Below, one piece after another: positions 39,900-48,830 of a stretch of 64,000 bases of DNA. Under the pieces are notes generated by a model, which worked only from the letters and a program-made list of their open reading frames with translations, made no database searches and had not been told where the DNA came from. Source of the DNA: Saprospiraceae bacterium (GTDB lineage Bacteria > Bacteroidota > Bacteroidia > Chitinophagales > Saprospiraceae); contig JABSSL010000029.1 in the NCBI GenBank assembly GCA_013214355.1, positions 13,626 to 77,625 on the forward strand. The letters run 5' to 3'. Within the stretch, counting starts at the first letter, position 1; each line of letters opens with the position of its first letter. A program made the position numbers and the translations under genes.

Positions 39900-40137
39900 A
39901 AAAAAGTGAATAAAAAAACAATAAATCGCTCATAATCAATTAATTAAATACATAAATCCGCCACAACAAAACACAACCTATTCATTCCAATTACATTGCT
40001 TCCGAACAAAAAGTATAGCTCGATACTGCCATAACTACTTAAAACAGCGTAGTCATACACCTAGCAATTCTGGATCATCTAGAGGAAATGTAACACCGGA
40101 GATGGACTAGACAGGAAAATGAAGAAGTGGTACCCAA

Positions 40138-40359
40138 ATAAAAACCCCGGACCTGCTTTCTGCCTGATCCGGGATCGTTTAGTCATTAAGTCTAATGAAC
40201 TGTCTCCTTCAGGATAGTAAATCAATCTTATCACTGGGTAGACTTTCCATACAACTCGTGGAAATATAAGGGCCGACGAGAAGAATGATAGTGCTAATAG
40301 AGATTACTTAAGTTGAGTTTACAAGGATTGCTCTATCCTGAAGAAGTCGCTCAACTATT
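40138..40359 (-). ncRNA. Candidate ~220-nt structured non-coding RNA
   Basis: Has its own promoter (40365-40422), a long closing stem (40204-40217 with 40333-40346), and an intrinsic terminator (40138-40175). No ORF of 60 aa or more in the track. Confidence 0.6.
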
Positions 40360-40364
40360 ATATT

Positions 40365-40422
40365 CCAAAGATGCCATAAATGTAGACTTACCGCCAAAGA
40401 CATTTTAGAGACATTACCACAA
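40365..40422 (-). promoter_or_regulatory. Promoter copy 2 (drives candidate ncRNA)
   Basis: CCAAAGATGCCATAAAT...AAAGACATTTT...CATTACCACAA, duplicated from 39842-39899. Confidence 0.65.
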
Positions 40423-40758
40423 CAAAACAAGGCAAAATCACAACAATAAATCTCCTAACAAATTATTAATCAATACCTTAAACACAAACAGATCACCACA
40501 ACAGATAAAGCAAAATCAATCATTGAGATTATAAAAATCCAAGAAAACAATACCAAGTTGAGCGCAGTATGAGGTCACCAGGGCTAAGGATCATGCCATT
40601 AATCGGACATATCACCTAATTTTCAATCACAAACATATAAGCAAACATTCATCATTGATCGATTATTTTACCACAAAACATCCACTTATTTGTACCTTCA
40701 GGTTTGTATTTAAGAGGCTATAAAGCAGATCCTTACTCAGAACTCACAGAACACAAAA

Positions 40759-42210
40759 ATGAGCAGCCTTTTCTCCTCCAAATTCGTAAGAATTGTCAAA
40801 ACCCTGAGTCCCGAAGAATGGAAATCCTTCGAGCTTTGGCTCAAATCCCCTTGGGCCAATAGTAATAAGAATCTCATTCGTTTGCTGGACAAACTCAAAA
40901 AGTATTATCCTGACTTTACAGATACGAAACTCTCTAAAGAGAAGTTATTTAAGCAGATCTTGCCAGATGGGAAGTTCAGTCTTCGGCGAATGAATAATCT
41001 GTTGTCGGAAGGATATCTAGCTGCTGAGCGCTTCCTTGTTTTTCAAAATCTTTCCCACAATCAAAATCTTCAAAAAAATCTACTCACCAAGGAATTACAA
41101 GGTCGCTCGTTAGATGAATGGTTTTTTAGGGATATTGAAGAAGAAGTAGAGCGCTTAGAAGAATTACCGGTAAAGGAATGGGAAGACCATTTGCAGCTAT
41201 ATCAACTCCATCGACGTATCTATCATCACCCTAGTCAGAGTCGTCGCATGCAGCCGGGAGAGCTTACCATAGTCAAAATGGATGAAGAGCTGGACTTGCT
41301 ATATCTCTTAGAGAAAGCAGCTATCATCACGGAGAAGACCTTCAGGAACCGAATTATCAAAAACGAGAATCACGATATAGATAGAGATTTAAGATTGTGG
41401 CAAGTCGAAAGTGAGAACATAAATCATCCGGCGATCAAGCTGTATAAAATGCGTTTCGCTTACCAGGAAGATAGCATGGTAGAGCAGTTTTTGCATCTTC
41501 GCAAGGTATTTATAGAATCATTCATCAAAACCAATAAGAAAGAACAAAAAATGCACTTATTGTGGCTGCTGAATGATGCTTTTTATCTGATAAAGCGGAA
41601 GAAAATTGATCTAGCTGAATTTTTCCCACTGTATGAACTTGGCGTAAGCAATGACTTGTTACTGCAACATGGTATGATGACTAGAGTTACCTATACCACC
41701 TCGATAATTGTCAGTAACTCATTGAATAAATTCGAATTTACTTCCTTAATCATTGAGAAGTACTCTAAATTCTTATTGAAAGAAATCCAAGCTGATGCCA
41801 TATCCTGGGCAAAGGCTCATACGGCTAGCAAAAAGAAACAATACGATTTAGCATTACAACTCTTGCTTTCGCATGATTTTGCTTCATTGTACTTCAAAAA
41901 AGTGACGAGAGTACTTACCCTTCAAACCTACTTTGAACTATTTCTCAAGTCCTCCTCATCCTATTATCTATACTTACTGAGTTTTTGCGATTCTTTCGAG
42001 AAGTGGGTCCAAAGAGAAAAACTGCTATCCCAAGGCAACAAAGAAGCCTATTTACATTTCATACAAAAATGTAGGTCACTAGCGAAGATATATTTGGATG
42101 TAGATTTTAATGAGCAAAAACTACTCGATGTTTTGTCTGGAGAATCAAACATTGAAGCATTTAAATGGTTAACTGAAAAACAAGAGCAAATTAGGGTATT
42201 GAAAAGCTAA
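40759..42210 (+). CDS. 483-aa all-helical hypothetical protein (putative N-terminal DNA-binding region plus TPR-like C-terminus)
   Basis: 'SKFVRIVKTLSPEEWKSFELWLKSPWAN...KYYPDF...LSKEKLF' N-terminus of a family I recognise as expanded in Saprospirales. No signal peptide or TM segment. Confidence 0.75.
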   Translation: MSSLFSSKFVRIVKTLSPEEWKSFELWLKSPWANSNKNLIRLLDKLKKYYPDFTDTKLSKEKLFKQILPDGKFSLRRMNNLLSEGYLAAERFLVFQNLSHNQNLQKNLLTKELQGRSLDEWFFRDIEEEVERLEELPVKEWEDHLQLYQLHRRIYHHPSQSRRMQPGELTIVKMDEELDLLYLLEKAAIITEKTFRNRIIKNENHDIDRDLRLWQVESENINHPAIKLYKMRFAYQEDSMVEQFLHLRKVFIESFIKTNKKEQKMHLLWLLNDAFYLIKRKKIDLAEFFPLYELGVSNDLLLQHGMMTRVTYTTSIIVSNSLNKFEFTSLIIEKYSKFLLKEIQADAISWAKAHTASKKKQYDLALQLLLSHDFASLYFKKVTRVLTLQTYFELFLKSSSSYYLYLLSFCDSFEKWVQREKLLSQGNKEAYLHFIQKCRSLAKIYLDVDFNEQKLLDVLSGESNIEAFKWLTEKQEQIRVLKS

Positions 42211-42241
42211 CGGAGCAGTTGCAAAAACAGCAACTGCTCCG
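42211..42241. terminator. Hairpin between the convergent 483-aa gene and peptide gene (probable bidirectional terminator)
   Basis: CGGAGCAGTTGC-N7-GCAACTGCTCCG, a perfect 12-bp stem. Confidence 0.75.
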
Positions 42242-42269
42242 CCAGCTTCTTTCTTATCTGTAAACCGTT

Positions 42270-42461
42270 TTAATTGACAATATCATCTTGAACAACAATC
42301 CCCTCTCCTCCTTCATCATTATTACCCCCTTTAATGGCTCTGGGATTAAATATTCCACTACAAACGGTGAATCTTTCAAATGACTTTTTAGATGCTACTG
42401 CCTCCTTAGTTTCAGCAGTAAAAAGTGTATTGGCGATCAAGTTTGAAATTAAGTTTCTCAT
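42270..42461 (-). CDS. Small peptide with double-glycine-like leader (…AIKGG|NNDEGGEGIVVQDDIVN)
   Basis: 63-aa ATG ORF with a GG motif and an acidic/aliphatic core, followed by the terminator hairpin. Confidence 0.65.
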   Translation of the reverse strand: MRNLISNLIANTLFTAETKEAVASKKSFERFTVCSGIFNPRAIKGGNNDEGGEGIVVQDDIVN

Positions 42462-43379
42462 GGCATGAACAGGGTTGTACTCCTTGAGGTCAAGAATAAG
42501 ACCGGAGTGATTTAGAAAATGAAATAGGTATTACAACCTGCCTAGTGGCAGAACCCGATCATTTCCGTTCCCAATTCATCATGTGCACCTGATGGGATTG
42601 AGTTTAGCTAATTGCCCGGTATACCCAATGGTTGGTCAGGTGAAGCAAGGACCACTTGCTACACTACCGGCGGACGTAAGAAATCGGTTGTAAAGGTTGC
42701 TGCCTGAATTCGAGGAGGATCGAACAGTAGCAGCGAAAATTGTTTGCCTTCCGACTGACTCCTTTACATGAGGAAGGGTCAGTGGAATTTGAAATGTTGG
42801 AGAAATTAACTACAAGCTTGATACTATTTTGTATCACACTTACATCATCAAATTCCCATAGGAGCCAAAAAGTGACCCCCTTTTTTGATTTTTTTTTGAT
42901 TTTTTTTCAAAAAAGGAAAAATCAGCCAAGAGAAATCTTCTTAAAAACCTGACTAACAAACACTTACAACAAATGAAAAAATAATTTTTTTTTCTTAGTA
43001 TTCTACCCCTTTTGCCTAATGCCTTCTTTAAGAAGGATCTTCCAGGATCAAAAAAACAATCGAAAACCGCCATTTATGCAAAAACTCTGCTCAATCGTTC
43101 TTTTCCGTTCCATTGATTCCTATTTTTACTAGCTCAGATCAATTCTTAGCGCTAAAACTGTTGGGATCACATGCCAACAGGCCCAATTAACCATCACAAA
43201 GCGCTTTTATAACACAAAGCTCATAGTCCGCTACTAGGTCAACTTTCGACGTCCTAATAAATAACGAGATCCTCGAAACCGATTCGGCGATTTCCACATT
43301 GGAATACAAACTCTATTACTCACTCGGTATAGGGGCAGGTGGTTTTACACCTATCCTTGATCATGTACTTAGCCTACAA

Positions 43380-46300
43380 ATGAAAAAGACAGTACTCCTC
43401 CTCCTGACTTTTCTAGCTATGGATAAGGCCATGGTATTCTCACAATCATTGAGTCCCTCAGAACAAAAGGAACTCCAAGAGCGATACTTTGGAAATTTAG
43501 ATCTAATGCAGGCCGATAAACTATATTGGTCCGGTAAAGGCAAAGAAGCTCAGTCCCTCTACGCTAGCGCCAGACGTACCTTCCAGGCTCAAAAGAACTG
43601 GGAGGCTTATATCCGTTCTTCCAGTAGCTTGGCCAAGTCCCTGGCAGGTGGCGAAACCTTTGAGGAAGGGGTCACGATTGCCAAAGAATCCATCCGCCTT
43701 ATTGAAGCGCAAGCCCCGGCCTACAAGAAATATTGCAATCGGATCTACCATAGCCTATCGGCCATATACCAATGGGCGGGGCAAGCAGAACATTCGCTAC
43801 CCTATGCTCATCAGAGCCTCCTCTGCCTCAGAGCTCAAGATGCTAATGAAGAAGATGCGACCTTTGGTTATTATTACAATGGATTGGGCACCATTCATCG
43901 AGATATTGGAGACTTAGATAGTGCTTTATACTACTTTAAGCAGGGTTTGCAAGTGCTACAAAAAGGGACTAATCAAAAAGACTTTGAATACGCACGAACC
44001 TACGAGCATCTTGGCGCCTTACATGCCACCAGAGGTAATTTTGACAAGGCTATAGAAGATACTGAAAAAGGACTAAAGATTGCCTCTGAAGCCCAAAGTC
44101 GGTCGGGCCTTCAATTGGTTTATTTCTATCTAAATCTTGGAAGCTTTTACAGTGACATTGGCGAGTATGCGCAAAGTACAGACTATTTCAGGAAGGTAAT
44201 CTACACCATAGAAACTTCTGGAACGACTAAAGCTAGATATAGAGAGAAAATAATTCCGTTCGCTTTATTAGGAATGGGCCATAACCATCTTGCGTTAGGG
44301 GAATTAGAGGAAGCTTCCATCGCCTTTGACAAGGCGGGAAAAACGCTACAAGGAAAGCAGTCTCTCTTTGATCTTCAACTAAGAGCCATAATTGGGAAAG
44401 GACAAGTTCAGGTTCAAAAAGGAGATGTAACACAAGCCTTACAATATTTGCAGGAAGCGGAGGAGCTTTTTGAACAGTCTGCCTCCAAACTACCTAACAA
44501 TATCCGATACATAGAAGTGCAGGCTAGTATTCAGCGTAAACTAGGTGACATTTACAAATTGCAAAAAAAATGGGACTCCAGTCTCTTTGCCTATAAAGAA
44601 GCGCTTCAACTCAATTTTACGGGAGGTGATACAGATCTCTATAGAACAGGACCAGGAACATATCAAAGTATAGCAGGTATTTTTGAAGCCAAAGAACAAT
44701 TGGATTCCGCTCTACTGTACAATCAGAAAGCCTTACAATTAGCTACTTATGGCAATGAGGACAGCCCACTCGAAGATTTGTCTGCCGGCCAGTCGATCGG
44801 CAGTTCCTTGGTGACCTATTCTATCTTAAACCAAAGAGCTAACCTACTCTTGCAATTGGCTGCTCATGCCAAAGACCTCCCTTCTAGGGAATCCTTGGAA
44901 GCCGAAGTACTATCGGTTTATTCCTTTGCAGACCAAGTCCACCTACAAAACTTGAGGAAGATTAATCTATTGAGAGGTGCCCAAAGTAAGGCCTTGATTG
45001 AGCGTTCGTTGACTAATTATCAAGATGCCTTGGCCTTTACCACCGAACTCTATGAGAGAAGAGGGGATCGACGTTTTCTCGAAAAAAGTTTCTTCTTCAC
45101 ACAGAAAATGAAGGCTCAACAGCTTTGGCTTTCCTCTCTGAATAGCCAGGCTGTCTCCTATGGGAATGTCCCCTCTGAGCGTCTGCGCGAAGAAAGAGAC
45201 CTCCAGCACGACATTCATTATTACGAAAACAAAGTAAGGGAGGCCCGGGCAATTCAGGATTCCGTAGCACTGGCCAAATATCAGTATACTTATCTACTAG
45301 AAAGTCGAAAAAGGTATTCAGCTCTTGTTCGAAAAATTGAACAGGAAAATCCCGACTACTATGCCTCTAAGTACGCTTTCCAGCCCGAAACAGAGGAAGG
45401 ATTACAAGCTTTACTCCAGCAGGATGAATTGCTGATTGAGTATGTATTTGCAGATAGTGTGATTTATGCCTACACCATGGGGCATGGCCAAGCCATGGAG
45501 GTGTATAAGATTCCTTTACTAGATCAAACCACCAGCCAGATCCAAGACTTACATCAGTTGCTGCAGAAGACTTCTTGGATACGTCGGTCCAAGCGTGAAA
45601 AGTTCATCCAACTCAGTCATCAACTGTATCAGCAATTCATAGCTCCTTTGGCGGCTCAAATCAATGGTAAAAGTCGGCTGATCATTATTGGTGATGGTAT
45701 AACCAATTACATCCCCTTTGAAGTCCTGCTTTCATCCGACACATTTAGTCCCTTTACAGCACTAAACTATCTGATTCGGCAATTTACCATAAGCTATCAC
45801 TACTCCTCCAGTCTCTTTGCCCAAGCGCGCCGTAAAGAACGGGATAGAAGTACAGCGGGGATCTTTGCGTTTGCCCCAGTATATGACAAAACTTCAGGTT
45901 CTGACTTAGCCCTCGGCGAGGTATTAACTGAAGAATCTTTGAGGGCCATTAAGGAAGGGCATTTCTCCCCACTTCCTGAGTCCGAAAAAGAGGTTAAGAC
46001 CATTGTGCAGCTATTTGAGCAAAAGGGTAGCAACAATAACCTATTGGCTCTTCGGCAAGATGCCTATGAAGGGGCCTTAAAACACAATCTGGAACAGAAC
46101 TTCACCTTCTTACATATAGCAGGCCATAGCTTTGCCAATGTAGAACAACCCAAGTTTTCTGGAATTGCTTGCGCTGAAACCAAGCGTCAAGATGAGGACG
46201 GCATACTTTACTCCGGAGAGATTCATGCGCTAAACACACAAGCGGATTTGATAACGCTTAGCAGTTGCGAAAGTGGCTATGGTAAGCTCGACCGAACAGA

Positions 46301-46535
46301 AGGTTTATTAGGACTGAATCGAGCCTTCATCTACACCGGAGTACCTAATGTTGTATTCTCTTTGTGGAAAGTTTATGATAAGGTGAGTGCACAGCTAATG
46401 GTGGATTTCTATGCCAAGGTTTTAGATGGGAAAGACTATGGTATAGCTCTGCGAGAAGCGAAACTAAAGTTACTGAACCAGGAAGCCACAGCAGCTCCCC
46501 ATTATTGGAGTCCTTACTTACTGATTGGTAGATAG
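43380..46535 (+). CDS. Exported TPR-CHAT (caspase-like) protease 2
   Basis: ATG 43380 gives a signal-peptide-like 'MKKTVLLLLTFLA'. TPRs, 'LHIAGHS', 'LSSCESG' and 'PHYWSPY'; paralogue of 30758-33919. Confidence 0.92.
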   Translation: MKKTVLLLLTFLAMDKAMVFSQSLSPSEQKELQERYFGNLDLMQADKLYWSGKGKEAQSLYASARRTFQAQKNWEAYIRSSSSLAKSLAGGETFEEGVTIAKESIRLIEAQAPAYKKYCNRIYHSLSAIYQWAGQAEHSLPYAHQSLLCLRAQDANEEDATFGYYYNGLGTIHRDIGDLDSALYYFKQGLQVLQKGTNQKDFEYARTYEHLGALHATRGNFDKAIEDTEKGLKIASEAQSRSGLQLVYFYLNLGSFYSDIGEYAQSTDYFRKVIYTIETSGTTKARYREKIIPFALLGMGHNHLALGELEEASIAFDKAGKTLQGKQSLFDLQLRAIIGKGQVQVQKGDVTQALQYLQEAEELFEQSASKLPNNIRYIEVQASIQRKLGDIYKLQKKWDSSLFAYKEALQLNFTGGDTDLYRTGPGTYQSIAGIFEAKEQLDSALLYNQKALQLATYGNEDSPLEDLSAGQSIGSSLVTYSILNQRANLLLQLAAHAKDLPSRESLEAEVLSVYSFADQVHLQNLRKINLLRGAQSKALIERSLTNYQDALAFTTELYERRGDRRFLEKSFFFTQKMKAQQLWLSSLNSQAVSYGNVPSERLREERDLQHDIHYYENKVREARAIQDSVALAKYQYTYLLESRKRYSALVRKIEQENPDYYASKYAFQPETEEGLQALLQQDELLIEYVFADSVIYAYTMGHGQAMEVYKIPLLDQTTSQIQDLHQLLQKTSWIRRSKREKFIQLSHQLYQQFIAPLAAQINGKSRLIIIGDGITNYIPFEVLLSSDTFSPFTALNYLIRQFTISYHYSSSLFAQARRKERDRSTAGIFAFAPVYDKTSGSDLALGEVLTEESLRAIKEGHFSPLPESEKEVKTIVQLFEQKGSNNNLLALRQDAYEGALKHNLEQNFTFLHIAGHSFANVEQPKFSGIACAETKRQDEDGILYSGEIHALNTQADLITLSSCESGYGKLDRTEGLLGLNRAFIYTGVPNVVFSLWKVYDKVSAQLMVDFYAKVLDGKDYGIALREAKLKLLNQEATAAPHYWSPYLLIGR

Positions 46536-46559
46536 AATTTCGTAAAGTAATCCGGCGAA

Positions 46560-47474
46560 CTACTTCACTTCAAATTTTTCTACTAGATGAATCTTTTCTT
46601 CGGAAAAGTCCTCAATGATGTAGTAGTATAAGCCAGGCTCCAGGGTATAGGACTTGGCGAAGTCGATGCCGTAGATATCTCCTTCTATTGGCGTAATCGT
46701 CAAATCACTCGTATTGACAGGAGAAAAATCGTCAAAGGCTTGGCGGTCATTTGAAAACAGGTGGAGTTTGAAATCTTGCTGAGAGATATCCTCTCTACTC
46801 TGAAGCTCAATCTTGATTTGAAACGGACTGGGGTCGGCAGCAGCAGCAAGCTGGATGTCCTTTTGCTTCATAGTAAACTTCACACTCATTTCTGCATCTC
46901 GCAAATTATTCTCGATTAGAAATTCGAGGGAAGGATTCGGGACAAAATTGGCAGCAATGGCCCGAGGTGCTGGCTCCCGTTGCCCTCTTTTACGTCCAGG
47001 ACTAGGAGGAGGAGTTGTGGGGGTTGTGGGCTGAGGCTCCACTTCTTCTTCCTGAGGTTGCTCCATAGGGGCATCTTGTGCGGGTATCGGGCTTAGCTCT
47101 TCCGTTGGAATCGCAGGTGATGTTTGCTGCTCTTGTGGTACTGTATTACTATCTGGCGATTGATCGCTATTACTCCCTGTCCAAAACCACCATACCATGG
47201 TTAAGAGGATTGGGATGAGAATAGCGATAGCCCATCTATTTGATTTTGGGGCAGACGCTGTATCTGCTTCTTTTCCTAATATGCTTAAATTTTTTCGTAA
47301 GGCATTCTCTGGGGAATCGGATAGGAGGTCTTCCATATCTCGGTGCAATTCTACCTCTTTGCTTAGCTGGTCATCAGCTTGCATTTCTTGCTCGAATTCC
47401 TTTCGGCTTTCCCCCCTCAATTTATTGTGAAGATAGTCTTCTATCTTCCGGTGTTTTTCCTCATCGAATGCCAT
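46560..47474 (-). CDS. Putative membrane-anchored anti-sigma factor
   Basis: N-terminal 'IEDYLHNKL...FEQEM..D..L..EV', a single TM, a Pro/Glu-rich linker and a periplasmic domain; immediately downstream of the ECF sigma gene. Confidence 0.75.
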   Translation of the reverse strand: MAFDEEKHRKIEDYLHNKLRGESRKEFEQEMQADDQLSKEVELHRDMEDLLSDSPENALRKNLSILGKEADTASAPKSNRWAIAILIPILLTMVWWFWTGSNSDQSPDSNTVPQEQQTSPAIPTEELSPIPAQDAPMEQPQEEEVEPQPTTPTTPPPSPGRKRGQREPAPRAIAANFVPNPSLEFLIENNLRDAEMSVKFTMKQKDIQLAAAADPSPFQIKIELQSREDISQQDFKLHLFSNDRQAFDDFSPVNTSDLTITPIEGDIYGIDFAKSYTLEPGLYYYIIEDFSEEKIHLVEKFEVK

Positions 47475-47475
47475 A

Positions 47476-48042
47476 CTAATCTTTGGTTAATTGTTTGTAG
47501 TTGGGATCCGATTTAATTAAATCAGCAAGGCTCTGCTTACACTTATATTTTTTGCGTTTTGCATAATCCTCCGTATACCCCATTTTTTCTGCGATCTCTT
47601 TGCTCGATACTTTATTAAAGAGCATTTTCAACACTTGCCGGCATTCTTCCGACAGGTCCATAAACCTCTGGTTGAAAAGTGCCCATTTTTGGCTTTTAAG
47701 CAAAGCTGCATCTAAGTCGTCTTCATCACTATATTCCAAAATCTCGTCAAAAGGAACCTCTTGGCCACCTCTTTTTCTCAACTTCTTCAGCCAAATTCTC
47801 TTACAAACGGTAAAGAGAAAGTTGTGCAAACTTGTGGTAAGCTCTAAGTTCCCCTCGGAAGCTTTACGAAAAACCACCAAAATACCTTCCTGAAAAACAT
47901 CTTTGCCATCATCTACATTCCCAGAGTTTCTTTTTACATATTTGATCACCTCTGGCAAAGATTCCTTATAAATTCTTTTCAGTATAGTAAGATCGTTTTC
48001 GACAATCCCCCGAACCAGCTCATGATTAAGCGTTACATTCAT
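47476..48042 (-). CDS. ECF sigma-70 factor
   Basis: Region 2 'DGKDVFQEG...FLFTVCKRIW'; region 4 'LSEECRQVL...SKEIAEKMGY...KKYKCK'. Confidence 0.93.
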   Translation of the reverse strand: MNVTLNHELVRGIVENDLTILKRIYKESLPEVIKYVKRNSGNVDDGKDVFQEGILVVFRKASEGNLELTTSLHNFLFTVCKRIWLKKLRKRGGQEVPFDEILEYSDEDDLDAALLKSQKWALFNQRFMDLSEECRQVLKMLFNKVSSKEIAEKMGYTEDYAKRKKYKCKQSLADLIKSDPNYKQLTKD

Positions 48043-48626
48043 CTATTCTAAAAATTCCCTTCCAAATACTGAGTCTCTCCGGAACCGGTTCCGGCTGAGA
48101 ATCAGCAACTTGGGACTTTAGCTAACATCCAAGGATAGCATTTAGCGAACTAAAGGCTAGAAACAGGCGGACGCCAAGTTGCTAAAGATATGTTTAACAG
48201 GTAGCAGAAATTCGACCATAGTCACTTTACAAAGATAAGAAGAAAACAGGCAAGCAGCGGGAAATATGAGCCATGTCCGCCACAAAGATTACAGCTCTAA
48301 TAGGGCTTTAACACATTTGTCCAATATTATCCGTATCTTTGCACCCTGTTTTATGGAATTGATTCGATATTGGCTTCCACGCCTATAGTTTATGTTCTCA
48401 AGTGTTATGGTGTAATCCAACTGAAAACCTTCCAACATACTTATCCGATACACCCTTGTTTCAAGCTATTTAATTCAAATCCATAAGGCTCAGGGATGAA
48501 ATGCGAATAACTACCCTTGGAGGTAGCTGAATAGATTTGCATTCCCAAAATGGCTACGCACATTGGAATCCTCCTGCGGTTTCCGTGAGCATGCCCTAAT
48601 GTGATTTAATCAATCAAAAATAATTT

Positions 48627-48812
48627 ATGATAATTATTCCAGTTCAAGAAGGAGAATCTATCGATCGCGCACTGAAGCGATATAAGCGTAAAAGACAAGA
48701 CATTGGTTTGATGAAAGAACTGCGTAAGCGCAAGCACTTTACTAAACCTTCTATCGAGCGACGTAACGAAATTCTTAAAGCACGTTACAAAGAACAGAAG
48801 AATCAAGATTAA
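48627..48812 (+). CDS. rpsU: 30S ribosomal protein bS21
   Basis: 'GESIDRALKRYKRK...ELRKRKHFTKPS'. Confidence 0.95.
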   Translation: MIIIPVQEGESIDRALKRYKRKRQDIGLMKELRKRKHFTKPSIERRNEILKARYKEQKNQD

Positions 48813-48830
48813 GAACATAGCAAATTACCC

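Noticed and set aside
42270..42461. Lanthipeptide or other modified RiPP cluster
   Set aside because: The core lacks Cys/Ser/Thr, and no modifying enzymes or peptidase-ABC transporter are in the window.
42740..43073. Short ORFs 42740-42952 (+) and 42840-43073 (-)
   Set aside because: They run through poly-A/T promoter-like tracts, have low-complexity translations and show no family features.
30758..46535. Type III-E CRISPR Craspase locus
   Set aside because: No Cas7-11, array or csx30/31-like genes are recognisable, and the CHAT proteins carry signal peptides.
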